Source of the DNA: the human T2T-CHM13v2.0 reference genome, Homo sapiens | Strand: one strand, 5' to 3' | Length of the DNA stretch: 64,000 nucleotides | NCBI RefSeq assembly: GCF_009914755.1 | Contig: NC_060942.1 | In this document: piece after piece, positions 12,801 through 27,985 of the stretch | Layout of the letters: each line of letters opens with the position of its first letter | How positions within the stretch are numbered: position 1 is the first letter of the stretch | Notes under the pieces: generated by a model | Told to the model about the DNA's origin: nothing | The model's database searches: none | Seen by the model: only the letters and a program-made list of their open reading frames with translations | Position numbers and translations under genes: made by a program

Positions 12801-13900
12801 CACGTTGGAAGAGAGGCAAAGACAGGAATTACCTTCTCATTGAAGAAAGGTACTGATAATCCAAATTCCAGAAAAAGACATCTTAATCCACTTAATCTTG
12901 AAGGGTATTGCAAAACTACATAATATAGTAGATTTTCATACCTTTCTTTATGGACATTCACTTTAAGTTTCTAATGTTTGTCATTTGCGCAGGCTACTGC
13001 CTGCATTGATGAGTCAGCCACTGAATAGAACTAGAATTCAGTGTTATCAAGTGCATTGGTATAGTCCATGAGATTTGTTAAGGACTCAAATGCTAGGACA
13101 ATAAGTCTTCTCAGGAGCATGCTGCAGAGAAGAGACTCAGCTGGACGTGGGCCTGGCCTGGATTTCAGTACTGATACACGGCCAGCTCTGGCTAGAATTC
13201 ATATTTGATCTCATTTTTTATATGTTTACCTTATATATTCCAAATTTTGCATAGATTATTGAAACTAGGTCAAAAGTAAAATCATCAGTTAATAATTTAT
13301 GACACTTCTGCAATTTGTCCCATCCAAATAGAACGGCCTAGAGAAACTCTGTGGCTGTATGAAAGTTGAGCCAACATCACAACTCTGTGAAACTGCCCAA
13401 AAACAACAGCTTTGGGGGAAAAAAACAGTCAAATGCTAGGCTGCCACCAATTTCCATCCTGGAATCTACAAAAAGACTCATTTAACAATATAAAATGAAA
13501 CAATTTTGTAGTTTTTGGTTAGAAAAGACTTGATTACAGAAACAAGCATATCTTGTAGAATTTTATAAATGGATACATTTTTTATGGTATTTGGAGAAAA
13601 ATATGACTTCTGTTAGTGTTTTATAAATATTGGCTAAAAATGAAATAATGAACTTGAGAAGGGAAATCCAGAGAAAGCTAAAAGCTAGAGTTTTGCATAT
13701 TCTCTTCTATACTGGCACTTTGCTTTTTCTGTTTTGAATATATTTTCAATGCCCCAGTGAACTTGGTAACACTGCCAACAATAAAAAAAATTGTAAAGGA
13801 CTTAGATCTTTAATATAACGTGAAAATCTGGAAATTAAACAGAATAACAGAGATGAAGAAATTAATTTTCAGATTTTTTAAAAAGATTTTTGCTGGCCCC

Positions 13901-14225
13901 TATTTTTCTATTATAATTTCAAAATTTTTTTTCAAATTGGTGGCTACATGTGCAGGTTTGTTACTCATCCTGTAACCCCAACTGTTATATGTATATTGCC
14001 TGATGCTGAGGTTTGGGGTACAATTAATCCTCTCACCCAGGTACTGAGCATAGTAGCCAACAGTTGGTTTTTCAACTTTGCCCCATTCCCTTCCGCACCA
14101 GTAGACCACAGGGACTACTGTCGTCACCTTTATGCCCATGAGTACCCAATGTTTAGCTTCCACTTATAACTGAAAGCACGCAGTATTTGGGTTTCTGTTC
14201 CTGCGTTAATTTCTTTAGGATAATG
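13901..14225 (-). mobile_element. L1PA15/16 3' end containing a short foreign insertion
   Basis: gatgctgaggtttggggtacaat...cacccaggtactgagcatagt; degenerate TSD tgctggcccctatttt / tgttggcctcatttt. Confidence 0.9.
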
Positions 14226-14703
14226 TTGGCCTCATTTTCCTAAGATTAAAGCTGAAATTTTGAAATATCTCTTGGTATTGGTGAAAAATACTGAGATAAA
14301 AAGATTAAGATACACATTTATTGTCCAATCATTAAATCATTAGCTTTATTACAGATAAAATATTATATCGAATTGGATTAGTAAATTTAAGGCCAAACCA
14401 ATTTTGAAATTGTTCAGAACTTACATCAATAAAGGCTTCCCATTAACAATTTTATATGTATAACTCTACATATGTGTGAGAGTGTACGTATTTTTTTCAA
14501 AACATAGCCTAGTGTTTTTATTTAATATTTCCTAGACTTATAAATTATTTTCAGCTAACATCTATTTAGCCATGAAAATACAATAACTACATAGTTATTT
14601 TGAATTATAATTCTGGCTTATTTAACACAATTCAAAGTTATATACCAGTTTTGAAATTTTAAGATACCTTCTATCATTTAATAGAGTCTATAGGTGTATT
14701 TCA

Positions 14704-14985
14704 CTTTTTAAAATAAATATTTTTGAGTAACAAATCATAACTGTATACATTTATGGGACACAAAGTCACGGTTTTGATATATGTATACAACGTGGAATGA
14801 TTAAATCAAGCCATTTAACACAGACCTCACCTCCCTCACCTATCATTTGTGTGTGCGTGGTGAGATGTTTGAAATTTATTCTTTTACTTTGAAATATACA
14901 ATACATTATTGTTGACTATGGTCACCCTGATGTGAAATAGATCTAAAAACTTTTTCCTCCTGTCTACCTGAAACTTTGTAACTTA
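14704..14985 (-). mobile_element. L1MA8/9-like 3' end
   Basis: gtggaatgattaaatcaagc...tgaaatatacaatacattattgttgactatggtcacc. Confidence 0.85.
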
Positions 14986-15328
14986 CAAATATCATTTGAA
15001 GAAAAAAAACCCAAATACCAAAATATTTGAAATTGCCATCACTAATGATTACTGTTTTAAATATTTGGAGTGTAGTTTAGAATACTACAGTTTTATCTAC
15101 ATGAACTCTAGAAAATTTTGTCTCTGTGCACTTGAAGCCATCCAGATTAAGCCATTCCCATTCAAGATTCATGAGACACAGTACAATATATGAGACTTTG
15201 AACTTTTTTTTTTAACTTCGTGAGCAACTATGCTTGGATAAACAAGCCATTTGAGGAAACAATACGCATCTTTCACAACTACTAAGCCTACGAATAGGCA
15301 TAAGTGGAGTAAGCTCCAGCTGCAGTAG

Positions 15329-15829
<501 letters not shown>

Positions 15830-16007
15830 TGAAGAGGGAGTTTACAGATAAACCTTAGGAATAAGAAAAACAGGGCACAGATAATCCAGTCTGCTGTGTC
15901 TTTGTTATTGTAATCATCAGTTGGTTAGCTGGTTCTCATGCCTGTGGGTGCTAAGAAGGGTGAGATCAAAGAAAATCCACATGGGACTGGTGCTCCTTCA
16001 TCCAGTG

Positions 16008-16290
16008 CTTCATTCAATACTTATCAATCATGCACCAAACACTGCTGAGCATCAAAAGTCCATCTAGGCACTGGGTTGTCATTGTGAAAGGGACAGGCAG
16101 GGTGTCTACTCTTACGGACATTACAGTAAAGGAGACATAGGAGAGCTCACTAAAGTATAAATTGCTACACACTGAAAACAGGCCATGGAGAAACGGTAGG
16201 TAAGAGAACATAAGGGTGGAAACTGACCTTGCCTGAGTACAGGCAATGCTTCCATGAACACTATGTTTAGGAAATGAAATGAAAGTTCTC
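16008..16290 (-). mobile_element. L2 3' fragment
   Basis: ttcattcaatac...ctaggcactggg...acaggcagggtgtctactctt. Confidence 0.55.
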
Positions 16291-16799
16291 TGCTTCCAAC
16301 TTCAAAAAACAAAAGCAAAAATGCTGATTGCCATGTGGGTGTTATTTGCAAAGTTTCACACAGTATTCATGTATTATTCATTTATAAAAACACTGCTTAC
16401 TACATGAGCAGTGCCTACTCAACACTTTTGGCAGTGTGAATGCGACAGACGTCCACTTCCAACACGCTTACTGATTAGCTGGACAGAAAGATTTATTACT
16501 CTGTACACAGCAGGATGTGCTGAGAACTGATAGAGGAGCAAAGAAAGCCAGAAACAGCACAAGAGACATGTGAGGACACTCCCAGTGACAAAGCTACTTT
16601 GTGCGGTGCATAGATTCTGTTGCCATTCTTTCTTTTAAGTAACCTTATTTCTGGCTTTGTTATGTGTATACATTTATTTCATTTTTCTCACTTCTATCTC
16701 ATTTAATTACAGAGTGTTGTATATGTACACATTTTTGTGACACATCTTAAAACTTTTCACAAAGAGAAGCACAATTAAATAAATATTAAAAGAAAATTA

Positions 16800-17770
<971 letters not shown>

Positions 17771-17867
17771 TCCAGCACTTATTTCCCAGGGCCCTCATAG
17801 TTGCCACAATACCATACATGGGAAGCTGAAAAGTTTTGTGGAAAAAGATGTTTAAACCTATTCTTGT

Positions 17868-18214
<347 letters not shown>

Positions 18215-20089
18215 CTAAGAGATGGTCATGGCCTATTTGAGATTTATCTCCCATCTGTGGAAGAAGCCAGAACCCAAGAGGATCTCAAATAAGGGTTTTG
18301 TCAATGAAAGCAATGAGCTCTGTCCCCAAAGGCCATGATAACTTGTGTTTCTTTTTCTTCATTTAGGTACTGTAATGGGTCCACGAAACAATTAATAGAT
18401 ATTATTGAGAACATATTTGAATAATGCACATTTAACGCATCAGACAGTTGTCACCCTTTCTAATCCTTTAAAAATAGTTTAGGATGGTCATCGATAATAT
18501 TATGGAAACTTTTTAATCTCGAAAATGAAACCCATATATTTGATAGGATGAATGAGTTGGCAAGAATGTCAGTAAATTGCAGTTTTCAAAATTTTATCTT
18601 TAACATCATTTAATCTGCCAGAAATTTAACAAGAATAAGGATAAGAGATTGGCCTCAAGGTACAATTCATCTTTCTCCTCATATTCCTTGTAGGTGCATA
18701 TCAAATGATGTATTACATTCTGCAGTTTTTGGAGAATATATTTAAAATTAATTAAGGTAGAGTCACTATAATCCTTTTAACAATGTCATTCTTATTAACT
18801 TGCATTGCAGTGGGAGGCAAATGCCACAACCTCTGTGGCTCAAAAGAAAAGCAGGCATCGTAGTGAGAGGTGTGCATTGTAGTGGGTGGAGGGCCAGCAA
18901 GAGGCTGCTCTGCTGCAAGTGCTCATCAGTCAAAATGGAGCTGCAGCTGGAACCTTGTGTGGTTTTACAAGAAGGAGCCCTACCCCTCACCTACTCTACT
19001 TTTTATTGGCAATGAATAATGAGAGGAGCATTTGCAAGTGTGAAATTGGAAAAGAGCGGAACATCAGCCTGAGGCTGTGTGCAAGCTGCTCGGGGAGCCA
19101 GCAGAGAAGCACTGCTGATCCTGCCTGGACCTTCTGTCCTGGAGGAGGGTGGGCCTCCCACTCATGCTGGTTGTAAACATCTCTGTCTTCTTGCTTGCCT
19201 TCAGACATCTTCTCCAGCGTGGCGTAAAGAAAGAGTGATTGCAAGCATATTATATCAACGTTTTCATTAATTTTAGTATGCCTTTAAAAACATTTCAACA
19301 CTATGAAGAATACTTATAATCAACAACATGTCATCGTTTAATTGGAAACATTTTTGTATTCTGACTCATTGGTACATAGTGTGTATTTTACCATGGATGT
19401 CAGATTTGGTGAATTAAGATAACTGTGAATAATCCTGGTCATGCCAATGAGAGGTTGTCATCCATGTTAATATCTTCTGGCATATGTGAACTGGGGAAAC
19501 TGTTCTCCCATTTACCCACTGCCTTAATATAACAGCCACATCTACAGGGAGACTCTGACTTCTGGATCCGCCTTTAGAAATTAAGCATTTTTGGAAAACT
19601 ATGTGATGGGGAAATTACTTTAATGGGTTAGCTTTAGGACCATGGAAGAGATAAGAAGAATGCAAGGTGTTTTGCTTAATTCTTAGAGGCAGTTTTCCTT
19701 CCTGAAAATGTTGGCATTCTTGATGTTATAAAAAGAATGTAAGGGTCTCCTTATGGTTGAAAACAATTCCCCCAAGAGCTTTACAGAAAATTGAGCAGCA
19801 TAGTGATAGTTTGGCTCCCCAGATAAATAACTGTGTCCTTCAAAATGTCCTACATTTCAATGTATTTTTCACTGTCAAAATTATGAAATCATGGTCTCAT
19901 CATCCAAATAGAACTCTTAGTATTATGGATGTATTTCCTTCCAGTCTGTTTCATAGCCATATTTTACATTGTTATTGTATGTATACACAGTTTTTTATCT
20001 TGTGTCTAGTCTGTTACAATTGGATTCCAAGTATTTTCTGAGTAGTATTCAGTATTCGTATGTTTGTATAATATTTCCTCCTCAATATT

Positions 20090-20680
20090 TCTAATGTAAT
20101 TTGGAGATATTTGTAAAGATGTTTTTGAAATTTTTATTAGGATTTTAACAAATCTGTCAAATTATACAGAATTAAAATATCTATACTATGTACCACTCTT
20201 TCAGAAATATGCCCTCATAATTTCAGTTATTCACATAGATTCTTTGTAAGTCTTACTAAAATGATTACCAGATTTTTATATACTTTTGCCACCATAAATA
20301 AAATTATTTTCTATTTTATTTTCTAAAAGAATGTTCACAAAATTACAATTGCTTATTTATAATATTCTACCTTGTCAAGTTACCAACATCTTATTAATTA
20401 CAATTTAGTTGATCCCTTTTGATTTATAAGATATGTAACATCACTCACAAAGAAGGACATATTTTGCTGTTCCTAATATTTATACCTAATATTTAGAGGA
20501 ATAAATATTAAATATTTAATACTTTAAAATATTAAAAAAAATATTGTGAAAATATTAAAATTTTTTACTACAATGGCCAGAACTTTCAAAACAATGTTAA
20601 ATAATTAGGGTGATACTAAGCACCATTATCATACATTTATTTTAAGACAAATGCCACCAATACTTCACAGTTGAATTATA
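20090..20680 (-). mobile_element. Very old L1 (L1M/ME) ORF2 fragment
   Basis: atggccagaactttcaaaacaatgttaaataa...ggtgata matches degraded antisense L1 RT region. Confidence 0.5.
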
Positions 20681-20964
20681 ATTGACTAAATTTAGTATAT
20701 GCTAAAACTAGGGCAATTCTTGTCCTTAATTTCTACATGTAAATATTTGGTCACAATCCTTATAGTGATGTTACATCTTGTAAACTACATTTCCGTTTAT
20801 CTGACATAAAGGATTTATTTCAGAGGTGGGAAATATAGGGATCTTGTAGGCCTTCGACAAATTATCAGAGTAACTTCAGTTTTATTTCCACAACTTCACA
20901 ACATTGTAATGAGAATCTGCTCTGCTCAACTCCTCCACTAGACTTTAGGTAAAATTTGATTAGA

Positions 20965-21537
20965 TTCTAGATATTAGTCCCTTGTCAGATGTATGCTTTG
21001 CAAATACCTTCTTCCATTCTATAGGTTGTCTTTCTGTTGACGACTTTTTTTTGTTGTTCAGAAGCTTTTTAGTTTAGTTCAGTCCCGTTTATTTATTCTT
21101 GCTTTTGAGGCATTTGCTTTTGGGATTTACTCACAAATTCTTTGCCTAGGCCAATGTCCAGAAGAGTTTTTCCTCCAGAAGTTTTTATGATTTTAGGTCT
21201 TTAATCCATCTTCAGTTAGTTTTGTATATGTTGAGAAATAGGGATGCAGTTTTATTCTTCCACATGTGGCTATCCAATTTTTCCAGCACCGTTTATTGAA
21301 TAGGGGGTCCTTTCCCCAATGTATGATTTTTTCAGCTTTGTTGAAGATCAGTTGGTTGTAGGTATTTGGCTTTATTTCTGGGTTCTCTATTCTGTTCCAT
21401 TGGTCTGTGTGTCTATTTTTGTACCTGCACCACACTGTTTTGGTAACTATATCCTTGTAATATAATTTGAAGTTGGGTAATGGGATACCTCCAACTTTGT
21501 TCTTTTTGCTTAGGATTGCTTTGGCTACTTGGGCTTT
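20965..21537 (-). mobile_element. Inverted 5' segment of an L1PB insertion
   Basis: Minus ORF 21193-21564 AKAILSKKNK...DQWNRIENPEI (L1 ORF2). Confidence 0.92.
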
Positions 21538-22422
21538 CAAACAAATCACCAAGAAAAAAAACAAAGAATACCATTAAAAACTATGGAAAAGATGTGAACA
21601 GACATTTCTCAAAAGAAGATTATACAAATGGCCAAAAAACATATGAAAACATGCTCAACATCACTAACCATCAGGAAAATCCAAATTAAAGTCACAATGA
21701 GATACCACTTTACCCCAGTCAAAATGGCCATTATTAAAAAGTCAAAAACCAATAGATGTTGGCATGGATGCAATGAAAAGCGAACAGTTATATACTATTA
21801 GGGGAATGTAAATTAGTACAACCTCTAAGGAAAACAGTATAAAAGATTTCTCAAAAAACGGAAAGTAGATCTACCATTTGATCCAGCAACTCCACTACTG
21901 AGTATCTACTCAAAGGAAAATAAGTCATTATGTCAGAGACCCCTGAGCTTTTATGTTTATTGCAGCATAATTCATAATTGCAAAAATATGAAATCAACCG
22001 AAGTGCCCATTAAGTGATTAGTAGATATAGAAACTGTGGTGTGTGCGTGTGTGTGTGTATACATACGCACACACACACACACCATAGGATACTATTCAGC
22101 CATAAAAAGAATAAAAGAATGTTTTTTGCAGGAACTTGGATAAAACTGGAGTCCATTTTCCTAAGTGAAGTAACTCAGGAATGGAAAAACAAATACTGTA
22201 TGTTCTCACTTATAGGTGTGAGCTAAACTATGGGTACAAAGAGGAATACATAGTGGTATAATGGACACTGGAGCCTCAGAATGAGGAAGGGAGATTCCAA
22301 AATTACCTGTTGGGTACAATGTACACTACTTGCATAATGGGTAAATGGCCAGACTTCACCACTATTCAATTCATTCAAGTAACCCAAAACCCCTTGTACC
22401 CCTAAAACTATTGAAATAAAAA
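21538..22422 (+). mobile_element. L1PB 3' segment (sense) of the same insertion
   Basis: gaagtaactcaggaatggaaaa...agacttcaccactat...ttgtacccctaaaactattgaaataaaa; TSD tttgattaga at 20955-20964 and 22426-22435. Confidence 0.92.
22036..22083. repeat. (GT)n-(CA)n quasi-palindromic microsatellite
   Basis: gtgtgtgcgtgtgtgtgtatacatacgcacacacacacacac. Confidence 0.85.
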
Positions 22423-22921
22423 TGTTTTGATTAGAAAGATAGACTATATCCAATAGAAAGATCAAAGCTAGTTGAAATCAACAGTGATAAAACCAACACA
22501 TTATGGCAAGCCAGGAATATTTCTAAACATTTAAAAGAAAAAAATCAAGTATGGATTTTGTACTTGATATTAATGAAAAGTAAAAGATGCAACATTACAC
22601 TAATGTCAGCAACTATTCACTCTCAGTTTTTTCAATCTACATGGATTCAGGAATGTTTAACAAAATTCATGGTATTTTATAATTTTACTCTTTTTCTGGC
22701 AGAAGGAAGACAGGAGTGGTTTTACAATAAGATTTTACCACTTCTGACTAGAAAGTTTTATCCTATATTATTCCAAAATAAACATTCTACACTAAATAAA
22801 TATCTTTTGACAGTAAAATGATAATTTAAATCATGTTACATTCTAGGAAGTACAGATAAACACAGGCAGATTTTCTCTCTGAATTAGTCCTTAAATCACC
22901 TGATTAAAATATGATACTCTT

Positions 22922-23294
<373 letters not shown>

Positions 23295-23594
23295 TCATTA
23301 AATATTTTCTAAGGGCCCACATTTGTCATGAGGAAATATTTTAAGAACGGGTAGAATCGAGTTCCATTTTTCAAATCTTTAATATAGAAGCAGATATCAA
23401 TTAATCTTTTAAAAACACAATTTTGTTTGCCATGAGCTTTTATTTGGGCTTCTACTTTGACACATGTTTTAGCTTTAAGGTATCTTAAAACGTAGGGGCA
23501 TTTAAGCTTTTAGATCTCATAAAACTTCCTGAGAACATGCTCTGACTCAGTCAGGCCCAGAAAACAACCACTCTTTCTTCCTTTTCTCCCTCCC

Positions 23595-23860
23595 TGAAAC
23601 ATTTCCTGAGGGCCTCTCTGGTTCATGGTAACATGCTAGGCTCAGGGGAACACAATGATGACTAATACAACATGGTACTTGGCTTTGGAAGTTCATAGGT
23701 CAGTGGAAATGCAGAAATATACACATCTAATTACAGCACAACTCAGTAAGTTCAGTAATAAATGTATATGAACACAGGGTGCTTTGAGGCACAGAAGAGC
23801 AGCTTCCTACTCAGCCCGAGGAGGTCAGAAAGAACTCAGAAGAGGAGGCACTGAATTAAT
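23595..23860 (-). mobile_element. L2 3' fragment
   Basis: aaacatttcctgagggcc...tgctaggctcagggg...gggtgctttgaggcacagaagag. Confidence 0.55.
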
Positions 23861-25366
23861 GCTTCAGCTGTTTTTCAAAATGCTTTCCTGGTAGCATCTC
23901 CGCAAACACAAGAAGCTTAGGATTTACCATGCTTCTAGATTTGACTGTCAAATAACACATGGTCCATAATTTTAAATCTGGTTGACTACAAAACTCTTCA
24001 TTGTGAAAATAGGAAGTAACAGAAACCCAGTCATTATGCATTCATCTTCTATAATATTTAACTCGGCTTAATCGCCATAATTCTTTCAACTGTCTGTACA
24101 TAATAGTGTCAATAAAACTAGAAGAGTTTGAATAGGTACTAAGGAGCAAACTCTTTTAAGATAATCTTCTTTTTAAAAAATGGTACTAACAGCAGCCTCA
24201 AAAACACAGCAGATTGCTTCGCTTTCCATAAAATCAGGACAAGAAGGTTGTTATTCTTTTCATTCTCCAGTAAGCTCAAAAGGTGGGAATCTTGCCAAGA
24301 CAATTCAATGGGCAGGAAGTCATTTTCTCAGGAAATTTCAAAAATATCATTAATTCACTTTGATCTTTTACAATGATTATAAAACATTCATAAGGATGGC
24401 TGTATCTAGCAGTTTTAACTGACAGGACTGTTGTGGTTTTTTTTTTGTTTTTGTTTTTGTTTCTGACCGCAGTGCATCACATTAAAAACACCCTCCCTCC
24501 TCACCATCAATTTCACAGTGGAAAATCCAGGCAAAGTGTTTCATTCTTGCTTAACCTTGAAAGATATATGGTGTGCTCAATTGAAAAATCTATTACTTAA
24601 TTAGTTTTAAGAGGTTTGACATCAAACAGGAATACATTTGAAATATAGATGAAGTAAGAGGTAAAAAAAATTCAGTTTAGAATTGTAAAGGGACATGTTG
24701 GATGTTCCATGAAGGTCAAAGTCAATTCCTTTCCTTAAGTTCCCTCAAAAGACTTATATGCACGGAAGTATTCAGTGGTGGTAACTGAGGTGAGCCTTTT
24801 CCCAATTTTTTTTTTTTTGTGGTTTGTTTTCTTTCATAATCCATTTGAACTTTGGCTTGACTCTTCTTCCCCCCAACATATTAACTATCCATCATACATA
24901 ATAATTTTGAAATCTGCTTTCTAACTGATTGCTTAAGGGGAAAATTAAGATTAAAGATAACAGACAAGAAAACAAATAATTACCAGGGAGTACTTTCAGT
25001 GCTTCAGTGCAGAATATACAAGTTGCTGTGGGAACCCTGAAAAGCATGTTGACAGATGCCTGAGGAGGTAATAGGAAGCTTTTCAGAAGTCACATGTGAA
25101 CATGGCCTTTCAGGATTTGTAGATGTTCTCGGGAGGTTAAGAGGAGAAAGAGTAGTATCAGAAAAAACCACATACAAACCAGCACACATACACAGTAGGT
25201 GAGAACAAGTGGTCCTTTAGGAGATCTGAAGGGGTGCCATGGTGGTGTGTGTCTACGGCATATGGCACTAAGTGGATGGGATAGGAGGGGGCGATGAGAA
25301 GCTATGGTTGGTCTGTGAAGGATCTTGCAGGTTATGCCAATGATTGTAGATTGTATCCTTTGGACC

Positions 25367-25738
25367 TGCACTATCTGATATGATAGCCACTATCTACCTG
25401 TGGCCATTTACATTTCTTTCTTTCCTTTCTCTTTTCGAGACAGGGTCTCATTCTGTCACGCAGGCCAGCATGCAGTGGTGTGATCACAGTTCACAGTAAA
25501 GTCAAATTCCTGGGCTTCAGTGATCCTCTGGCCTTAGCCTCCCAAACTGCTGGGATTATAGGCATGAGCCACCATGCCCAGCCTTAAATGTCAATGAAAA
25601 ATAAATACACCAATTCAGTTCCTCAGAGGCACTAGCCACATTTCAAGTGCTCAATAGCCACATGTGACTCATGGCTATCATAATGGATAACACAGAGAAT
25701 GTTTCCATTTCACCCCAAATACTAATAGACAGTGCTGC
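25367..25738. mobile_element. MER3/MER33 hAT-Charlie DNA transposon, split by an Alu monomer
   Basis: aattcagttcctcag...cactagccacatttcaagtgctcaatagccacatgtg...gacagtgctg. Confidence 0.85.
25412..25583 (-). mobile_element. Alu monomer (FRAM/FAM-like)
   Basis: Single arm of about 170 bp: gagacagggtctc...gagccaccatgcccagcc. Confidence 0.85.
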
Positions 25739-26789
25739 TTAAATAAGGAGAAGCCACATACAATCGCTAATTGTAAAGTAAGAGATTGACTTGATGAAAA
25801 CTGTGCTTGATGAAAGAAGTAACTCATGTAGTGTGAAGGATGGGCGTGGGGGTAGAGGGCCGGTGAGAAGGAAACTGTTTAGCGATTCACCTGAAACTTT
25901 AACTATGGGGAGGTGGAGAGAGTTGCCTATTTCAGAAGATTTCCAGGGATAGAACTGAGAGGGCTTTGCTAAGTATCTGGTATAGATGCCTGGGTGGATG
26001 GTAACACTTTGACGGGAAGACACTAGAGGAAATTATAGTGGACTGGAGAAAGGAGATTAGTTTATTTTTTGACCTGTTGGGTTGGAGGTGCCTGGGACTT
26101 AGGGACTTAAAGAGGAGCTTTAAGTGAATAGGTCTCAAAAGTAATTTCCAGTCCTTTTCCTTTACAATCCACTTCCTTTCTCAACTGCCCCAAACAAGCA
26201 TTGTGAGTTTCTCATGATTCCGGAAGTTTTTAAGCTAGGTTAAACAAGAAAGGAGAGTTGAGGTTGAAGTTTGCAAAAATGACTGAGTCTGGGTTTAAGG
26301 CTTTTTCACTCCATTTTGCTACCAAACCTGCAAACAAGCAGTGCAAAGGAACTATGCCAGCTGAGGGCACCGGGAAGTGGCTGCTCTTCCCTGATGTCAC
26401 CCTAGTTCCAAGATCTGAGGGTCAGTGATGCCCATGGGAGGGAAAACTCCTCAGGCCAGGATAAAGAAACCGTGTCTTCCAGTCTTTACACTAGTTTGGA
26501 GAGGGCCCACATCAGCATGCGTGGCTCTGCCTACTGTCAGATAAGGGAATTCCTTGCATACGACAGTTAAAAGCCATAGTGTTCTATTTCCTCCTTCTTT
26601 ATGCCCCTTCACCTCTCTTTCACTTTTGACTAAGTCTTCCACATCACAAAGAAAATAGAGGTACCCTCCACTTCTAAATTCTGTTACCTTCATTCATCTC
26701 CATCAATTTCCTGCTTGTTTCACAGAAAGCCATCCCCATTCATTCCCTGGTTTGCAAAAATGAAGTCACAAAAGGCATGCAATACAACA

Positions 26790-27029
26790 GATTAATGATG
26801 GAGGAAGACATGAAGCTGAGAGAATTTCTTTAGGATGGGGAGCAATTGAATATGTTTAAATATTAATGTAAAAGAGATAGTAAAGACCAAGACATTGAAG
26901 TTACAGAAGAGAAAGGATTGTTGGTAAGTCTCATAAGAAGCTGGAGGCGATGGGATCCAATTGCAGATGGTGGGTAAGCACTGAGGTGGAGGAAAGACCA
27001 CTCTTCCATCATCATAGAAGAAAAGGAGG
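26790..27029 (-). mobile_element. L2 fragment
   Basis: gaatatgtttaaat...ggcgatgggatcca, antisense L2-like. Confidence 0.45.
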
Positions 27030-27400
27030 TGTATTAGTCTGTTCTCACGCTGCTAATAAAGACATACCTGAGACTGGGTAATTTATAAAGGAAAGAGGTT
27101 TAATTGACTCACAGGTCAGCATGGCTGTGGAGGCCTCAGGGAACTTACAACAATGGCGAAAGGTGAAGCAAACACATCCCTCACATGGTGGCAGGGAGAA
27201 GAAGAATGACAGCCAAGCAGAGGGGGAAGCCCCTTATAAAACCATTAGCTCTTGTGAGTACTTACTACCACAAGAACAGGATGAGGGAAAATGTCCCCAT
27301 GATTCAATTATCTCCACCTGGTCTCTCCCATGACACCTGGGGATTACCGGAACTACAATTCAAGATGCGATTTGGGTGGGGACACAGAAAAACCATATTA
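27030..27400 (-). mobile_element. THE1C/D solo LTR (ERVL-MaLR)
   Basis: tgtattagtctgttctcacgctgctaataaagacatacc...aaaccatatta; 5-bp TSD ggagg/agagg. Confidence 0.95.
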
Positions 27401-27985
27401 AGAGGCAAGAATGCAGACCGCAAAGAAGATAACATCTAATTTGAATCCCAAAGGCTTCAACGGAATTTACCATCTGAGGTAGTCACAAGCCCACCTGCGG
27501 TGTGGCTCAGCTTGGCCCCCTATTCATGTAGCTTCACAGGTATCTTGACTTCTGGGAGGGTTTGGGAGCAGCTTCTGCAGCCTTGGGAGAGGCCAAACAC
27601 AGATCTGCCTCTGGATCCACCCGCTTCTCCACATGAGCCGCTTTTAGTCCAGCTAACCACCAAAGAGCCAAACTGCTATCCACCACTGCCTGTTTGGGGA
27701 CCCAAATCCCAGATTTGTATTTCTGTCCAGGAATGTGTTTATCTTGGTTTGAATTCTAGGTCTGTCTTTTAAGCTTTCTTTTTTCCCCTATTAAAAAATC
27801 ATTTATGTGTGTGGAGCAGAATAAATGCCTCATATTGTATTATCTACTAGAAATCATCCGCATTTTTTTGAAATAATGAACCTGTTACTTCTTCTAAATG
27901 ATACCAGGTGTCCATTTTAGTTCAAATACTTACAATGTTACCTCACCCTAAGAATCCTCATCTGTATAATATTTTTCACTTTCAG

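Larger units (their letters stand above)
25000..26130 (-). mobile_element. L2, interrupted by MER3
   Basis: L2-like sequence on both sides of 25367-25738 (tttggacctgttgggttggaggtgcctg-like motif near 26067). Confidence 0.55.
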
